DNA of 64,000 nucleotides from Eledone cirrhosa (Eukaryota): assembly GCA_964016885.1 (NCBI GenBank), contig OZ024742.1, forward strand, positions 340,938,001 through 341,002,000, written 5' to 3'. The notes under the pieces were generated by a model. That model made no database searches. It saw nothing but the letters and a program-made list of their open reading frames with translations, and had not been told where the DNA came from. Every line of letters begins with the position of its first letter. Positions within the stretch are counted from its first letter, which is position 1. Shown here one piece after another: positions 57,172-64,000 of the stretch. The position numbers and the translations under genes were made by a program.

Positions 57172-58429
57172 TTAAATCTCAACAATTGCATCAATTAATA
57201 TATTTTCAATAAATAATCCAAAAGACTATTTTAATAGTCTGCATGAAATGACATCATATTTTTAAAATATTTTAAAATTAGAATGTCTTTACGGATGACC
57301 TGTTAAAACGTTTCACTAACGTTTTGACACTAATGAGTTATTCCAGTATGTCTACAACTCTGACAAGAAGTGAACAATTCCGTCCTTTTCCGTATCAAAT
57401 CCGTTATGAAATATACAATTATTCAATCGCTATGAAAATTCACTTCCTATAGCATGTTGATTGCTATGTCATTACAGTAAACTTCACATAGTAACTATCA
57501 GTTTTAGAGGAAAGAAATCTGATATAATATGAACTTAATACTTTACTTTCAGAAATGTCGTTTATACCATACAGATATAAATGTTTGGTAAGAGAGGACA
57601 TTGCAGATATCATTTATCACACGTTTCAGCATGTTTCAGCAATACACTCCACGAATTCGGAAAAGTAATTTTACTACACTAACATTTTAGTTGTATAGCG
57701 ATGGATACTTTGTGCTGAAGATGGTTCGACAACTTACTGTAAATGATCACCATTAATTGTCAATTATCATTTCTTCACGGTTGACTACACTATGTTATCT
57801 ATCAATAAATACTTTACGCCTCACACTTCTTATTTTTCTACGTAATTTCCTCACTCTTCTGCTTAATTTTTAGTAATTTTAGTACTTTCCACTGCTAAAA
57901 TGACATTAGGATTTAAATGTCACTTAAGTTACTAAATCCTCCGTGGTTCTCTATCTTTCTGTATCAAAAAAAAAAAATCCAACTAACTTTACTTTCTGTG
58001 CATGTCAGTCATACTTCGCTACTAACAATTAATTCAATGTACAGCTTCACTGCAAACACACGGAATCTTTTGTATCAGTTTAAACTGGATCACGTTTAGT
58101 CACGGAAATTTGATATTAATGAAGTCTAAGGTTTATCAATGCTATCGTTTTCCAGTGATGGATTAACAGAATCGTTAGAGCACTGAATATAAGGATTTGC
58201 CATATTTGATCCGGCCTTTTACATTCTGAGCACCGAATATAATGATTTGCCATATTTGATCCGGCCTTTTACATTCTGAGTTCATATCCTGCCGAGGCTG
58301 ACTTTACTCTTCACTCTGTTGGGATCGATAAAATAAAATATCAGTGAGACACGGGGACCGATTTAATCGACTTATCTCTCTCAATCAGTTTGCTGAGTTC
58401 GTGGCTAAATAAGAAATAATTATTAATTT

Positions 58430-58625
58430 TATATTTGGGGAATGTCATGTTGCCAGTGTTGCCAGTAAAAACACATACACTACATGATCATTACATTTTC
58501 CCTTCATCTTTATTATTCCTTATTGGTTAGTTCGTCAAAGTTCCTTCGTCACACATTCTGTGACCTCATCAATGACTATTTGTTATTTTATTTTGTGTCT
58601 CCTATTCTTTCTGATCTTATTTTGT
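58430..58625 (-). mobile_element. Old Nematis-like pseudo-LTR remnant with decayed HHR (58534-58576)
   Basis: Similar to 3390-3620; gtca TTGATGA ggtcac..gtgac GAAG gaac TT tgac. Confidence 0.6.
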
Positions 58626-59234
58626 TTATTCTATCTGGGGTAATTGTTTAATCCATCTTGGAAGAGACAAAATTACAATTCTAATGGAGTACAAGGTAGT
58701 AACAAAAGGAAAAGCTAAGTAGGAAAGGTCGGTAGCTTGAGAGGTAGGCTCAGGTAGTCAAACAGAGTCGCTGGGCGCTGGAAGAACAGTCTGGTTAATG
58801 TGTTGAGAGTCAGGTCTGGTTTGGTCTCCATGTTGAAAGAAAAACTGAAATAATTTGACGAGCAATGTGGCAATTCTCACTTAGAAATGGGACAAGATGA
58901 ATCTATCTCTGGAGGTTTGGGTAGAGGTGACGAATACCTATATGCCCTCCGTCGTCTATTACTGTCAGATTGACGTGCTTTCACCCAGTTCACGTCTGAT
59001 ATAACTAGACCGCTAGCCATTTGTCTAAACCATAAAGAGTAAAGACAGCAGACACATGTGTATGTGTGTATGTGTGTGTGTGTGTATGTGTATGTCTTTT
59101 TACACAATGGACTCATATATATTTCAATTTGTTAGGCTGGGTAACGCTTTAAATATATTTATCTGTTAGAACCCTATTATTTATAATGAGCTGCTATTAT
59201 TATGGTCATTTACGTTGGGATCAAATGCATATAG

Positions 59235-59276
<42 letters not shown>

Positions 59277-59789
59277 TAAACGGAATAGAAAATGCTGACA
59301 AATTGTTCACAGTGAAAAATAGTTTAATTAGGAATAAGTGAGAATTAGTAATTGTATTGGTTAGTATTCAGTTTTGGTTTTAAGTTTTACCGGTTGCGCA
59401 TTTCTAATGCTTTTCAAAAATAATTTTGAGATAGAGCGTCCGTGATGTTTGCTCTGATCTGATTAGTTTTGGGAATTCTACCTGTTTTTATGTTAAAAAA
59501 GTGGCTCCAGCGGTATTAAAATAAGTTTTGCGCCAATTCGTGTTGCAAAGATTCTTGTGGTCAAAACAATTTTGATTGGTCGGTAGAGGTCATGTGAATG
59601 TAAAAAATTGATTTTGCGCCCAATGTAGGTTTGTGTCGGCTGACTGAGAAATGACTCTTTCACAACAAATATGTGTGTGTGTGTGTGTGTGTAGTAGTAG
59701 TAAAGTGTTCGTTGTTGTGATAATGGTCAGCAGGGATGTGTGTGCGAACCGCAGCCTGTTGACAGTTCAAATGCCTATTAAGACAAGTG

Positions 59790-59834
<45 letters not shown>

Positions 59835-59941
59835 CAGTGTAATTCGTGGTAGAGGGATGGTCAGTAGGAATGTGTCTGTAAGTGAGTGGGGGATATTTTA
59901 ACATGTTAAAAGATACTTTTCAGCTCTTGTTTTATACGGAG

Positions 59942-59998
<57 letters not shown>

Positions 59999-60249
59999 TG
60001 TTAATGTACGCGTGTGTATGTGTGTGTGTATATATATATGTGTGTGTGTGTGTGTGGGTGGGTGTACCAGTATTTTTTTCCTGGTAAAATGGTGTATATT
60101 ATTCGATATTTTCAGTAAAATCGATTCTCTCAATAGAATATCAAAAACCTTAATAAGAAAAGTTGTGAAATGATATATAGTATTGGCATAATACCAAGGT
60201 GTGTGAGTGTGTGTGTGTGCCCAGATTGTACGTACTAAAAGGGGGATCC

Positions 60250-60535
60250 CTTAGGCCTTGCCGTATTGGAATACCTGTGCACAAATATGTATCTGGAGTG
60301 TGTCCAGAAATGTTATACCTGTGCACAAATTGTACACTTGTGCACAAATTGTACAGATGTATCTGGATTGTGTCCAGAAATTGTATACCTGTGCACAAAT
60401 TGTACACATGTATCTGGAGTGTGTCCAGAAATTGTATACCTGTGTACAAATATGTATCTGGAGTGTGTCCAGATTGCACGTACTGCAAGGGGAATTCATT
60501 AGGCTTTGCCGTATTGGAATACCTGTACACAAAAA
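60250..60535. repeat. Minisatellite in PLE 3' UTR
   Basis: Recurrent tacctgtgcacaaat..gtatctggagtgtgtccagaaa units. Confidence 0.8.
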
Positions 60536-60751
60536 TGTATGTGCCCATCAGTGTGCAATGCATATGTGCGTTTATGTATGTGTGTGTGTCGGCACGTTTA
60601 TATCTATAGACATCAAAAGGTATGCAAATTTGTGTATATTTGTGTTGCACCATAGAACATGTGTGTTACGTATGTCATTGTGTTTATATGTGGGTAGAGA
60701 TGTGTGCTGATGTAGGTATGTATGTTGACGTGTGTATGTTGTGGGTTCGTC

Positions 60752-62258
60752 TTAGGGAGAAGTGTTTAGACGGGGTCCGTATTTGTTAATAAAGTAAGAT
60801 TCCTTGCTGATACGCTGGGTGTGGGTGGCATTATCTTTAAATTTGTAGAGGGGAAAGATTCTGAAGTTGGGATGATTTTGGGCGGCACAGGTATCAATGT
60901 GTTCACTCAGTGGTATGTTCCTGTATTCCCGTATTTTAATTTGGGATCTATGGACAGTCATGCGTTGGCGGAAGCTGTTTTTGGTCTGGCCTATGTATTG
61001 TTCTCGACAACCTGAGCAAGTTAATACATATATTAGATTTTCCGATGCACATGTGAAATTGTGTTTTACTATAAAACGTTGTCCTTCTTTGAAATAGAAT
61101 TCCGAACCCTCTATTAGGTTGATGCAAATGCCACAGTTGGGTCTGTCGCACTTTTTTTTACTGTGGATTTCGTTGTTGTGGTTGGCAGTACTTTGGCATG
61201 TGTTAGGATGTATTTCATTGACTTAGATTGTTTTTTGCTCTTTATGATATCGTGAGTTCGTAGGATTTGGTTCATTCTATGGTCCTTTTTCAAAACATGG
61301 ATGTTCTGGAGGATGGTGTCAAAGGCCTCATTGTTGAGGGGATTGTGTGTGGAGATGTATAGAAGAGCTTTTAGTTTCGGTTGATTTACTTTAGGGTGTC
61401 TAAGGTCCTGGGTACTGAGTTTTAGGGCACGTTGGATTCCATTGTCAATTAGTGATGCAGGGTAGTCCCTGCCTATGAGTGTGTCCTTTAGTTCTTGTAG
61501 CCGTATGTAGCAGGTGTTTTTATTGGAGACTATAGTACAGATTCTCTTGGCTAAGTTGTAGGGAATATTAATTTTAACATGTCTAGGGTGGCAAGAGTTG
61601 AAAGGAAGATATTGCTTGGAGTCTGTGGGCTTGTAGTATATGTCTGTTTCTATTTTTTTGTTATGGATCTTAATGAGGATGTCGAGGAAGGGGAGTTGTT
61701 GATGGCTGTATTCCATCGTGAAGTTAATATTCGTGTTGAGCCCATTTATAAGGGTGTGAAATTCTTTAAGTTTCTCGATGTGTTCGTGCCAAAGGATGAA
61801 GCAGTCATCTAGATATCGCTTCCAGTTCCTTTCTATGTGTAAGTGGAGAGTGTTTCCAAATTTTTTTAGGACTTTAGTGTAGAGGGTGATTTCCAGGTAT
61901 CCCATGACTAGGTTGGCATAAGTGGGGGCTGTTTTCGTTCCCATAGCGGTCCCAGATTTCTGCCTGTAGGGTTTGTTATTGAAAACAAAGTAATTGTTCT
62001 CCAAGATAAATTTGAGTCCCTCTATCACGAATTCTTTTTTGATGCGTTGTGGGAGTTCATTGTGGTAATTATCCAGCCAGAATTGGATAGCTTCTATTCC
62101 TAGGTTGGAGTATAGGTTGACTACATCGAACGTCACTAGTAGGGTTTGTTCAGAAAGTGGCATATTAGGGAGGTGATTGAGCATATCTAGGTCGTCCCTT
62201 ATATAGCTTTTGATGTGTTTGAGAAAAGGCTTGAGAAGGGTATCAATGAAGTTGCTAA
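60752..62258 (-). pseudogene. PLE RT + GIY-YIG, 5'-truncated, frameshift near 61150
   Basis: FDVVNLY, GTAMGT, RYLDD, PFLD; then NLIYVLTC..YIGQTK..RMTVH. Confidence 0.88.
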
Positions 62259-62871
62259 TACACACACACACACACACACACACCCCCACACACACACGCA
62301 CACACACTTGTCTTAATAGGCATTTGAACTGTCAACAGGCTGCGGTTCGCACACACATCCCTGCTGACCATTATCACAACAACGAACACTTTACTACTAC
62401 TACTACACACACACACACACACACACATATTTGTTGTGAAAGAGTCATTTCTCAGTCAGCCGACACAAACCTACATTGGGCGCAAAATCAATTTTTTACA
62501 TTCACATGACCTCTACCGACCAATCAAAATTGTTTTGACCACAAGAATTTTTGCAGCACGAATTGGCGCAAAACTTATTTTAATACCGCTGGAGCCACTT
62601 TTTTAACATAAAAACAGGTAGAATTCCCAAAACTAATCAGATCAGAGCAAACATCACGGACGCTCTATCTCAAAATTATTTTTGAAAAGCATTAGAAATG
62701 TGCAACCGGTAAAACTTAAAACCAAAACTGAATACTAACCAATACAATTACTAATTCTCACTTATTCCTAATTAAACTATTTTTCACTGTGAACAATTTG
62801 TCAGCATTTTCTATTCCGTTTACCAATATATAATAACTTGTGTGTTACACCTCTATTCTTTTATATATATA

Positions 62872-63780
62872 CTAGCATTAAAGCCCGGCGTTGCTCGGGG
62901 TCATTAAGTTACCAAAGTTAGGTTGCACCACCCATTTTATGGCACCACTTTTTTGTCTGCCAGGCACTGGGTGAATGAATTGCAGACCTGGAAGCATGAG
63001 CTGTGCCAGCAGTGACAATTGTAGTTTCGCCTATGGATATTATCTCTGTGCAAAAAAGTGTTAAAATTTATTGTTTCACAGTACTTGCGCAACACGCGCG
63101 TAGACGATGCCAGCCGAACAACAGAGCTGCGATGGAGTTGTTCTGCATGGTTGTCTGTGTGTTTTCTAAATTTAAGACAGTAGGGAGGGTTGTGATATGA
63201 GGGAGAGTTAGCTGTTGTTTCTAGCAGGTTTAGTGACCTCATAGAGGATATGTGTTTTCTAAATTTAAGACAGTAGGGAGGGGTGTGATATGGGGGAGAG
63301 TTAGCTGCTGTTTCTAGCAGGTTTAGTAAACTCATAGAGGATATGTGTTTTCTAAATTTAAGACAGTAGGGAGTGGTGTGGGGAGGGGTGTGATATGGGG
63401 GGAGAGTTAGCTGCTGTTTCTAGCAGGTTTAGTAACCACATAGAGGATATGTGTTTTCTAAATTTAAGACAGTAGGGAGTGGTGTGAACGGACAGTATCA
63501 CCATCAAGCTTGGAAAGAGAAAGTAGCAGAAAGTATGAAGTTGTATAGATTTTGAATGGTAGTAGAAAGAGTTCAGCAGTTTAAATGAGAGAGAAAAATC
63601 GTAAAATATTGAGTTATATCTATTTTTTGCGTAATTGTGGGTGAAATTGAAAAAATTATCTGCGTCAAGACGCAATCGAAACTATTTCGATTACTGAATT
63701 GTAAATTTCAATTGAAGAAATTCTATATCGTAGATTTCTATAACGAAGGAGCATGACCACACACTGAGCTTTATAGATTA

Positions 63781-63783
<3 letters not shown>
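62872..63783 (-). mobile_element. Non-autonomous Helitron (~0.9 kb) with internal ~60-bp tandem repeats (63155-63485)
   Basis: Minus strand: A|TCataatctataaag ... cccgagcaacgccggg hairpin, tttaatg, CTAG|T; inserted in (TA)n. Confidence 0.75.
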
Positions 63784-63815
<32 letters not shown>

Positions 63816-63817
<2 letters not shown>

Positions 63818-64000
63818 AAAAAGTATGACCCCGACGGCAGAGCTCAAGCCGTTTCGACGGCTATTTCTGGACTGAAATAGCCGTCGAAACGGGTCGAGAC
63901 CTGCCGTCGCGGTCAAACAGTTTCAGCGATCTTCGATAATTTTATATATATATATAACGAAGGAGGTGTGGTGGGGAGCGAGATGGACCATAGCGCGCCA
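63816..64000. mobile_element. Fold-back (63826-63915) and tail (63957-64000) of the 6290-10422 PLE family
   Basis: gaccccgacggcagagctcaagccgtttcgacggct matches 6382-6418; acgaagga..tgtggt..tggaccata matches 6291-6330. Confidence 0.7.

Larger units (their letters stand above)
59272..62862. mobile_element. Neptune-like PLE with ~560-bp inverted arms (59272-59830 / 62260-62827); tail on right (62828-62862)
   Basis: RT+EN on -, inverted arms, degenerate U3-A8 HHR-like motif (59385-59420 / 62679-62714), (TA)n flanks. Confidence 0.9.

Noticed and set aside
63155-63485. CRISPR-like spaced repeats (also 60250-60535)
   Set aside because: Contiguous minisatellite units without unique spacers, inside eukaryotic transposons; no cas genes.

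Overview
AT-rich eukaryotic, non-genic DNA, probably from an octopus or other cephalopod (inferred from the tRNA-type SINE family and the huge (TA)n tracts). No host gene is convincingly identifiable. The window is a dense pile-up of mobile elements, most of them sitting in (TA)n microsatellites. It contains: about 7 Penelope-like elements (PLEs) with RT and/or GIY-YIG coding sequence, of three types (Hydra-, Neptune- and Nematis-like), most with inverted pseudo-LTRs and a one-sided 3' tail; several short non-coding fold-back PLE derivatives; one full-length L1/Tx1-type LINE with intact ORFs plus three truncated relatives; a full-length but frameshifted Gypsy LTR element with a GTATA TSD; a Chapaev3-like DNA transposon with a TTA TSD; a non-autonomous Helitron; CR1 and RTE fragments; and SINEs. 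The main signal the ORF track misses is RNA. About 20 type I hammerhead ribozyme (HHR) motifs with palindromic stem III can be read directly, including a U3-A8 core variant. A non-coding 470-bp head-to-tail repeat carries a complete HHR with an extended stem I and is a retrozyme/circular-RNA candidate. One PLE family has no canonical HHR and instead ends in a different conserved, possibly bistable hairpin motif.
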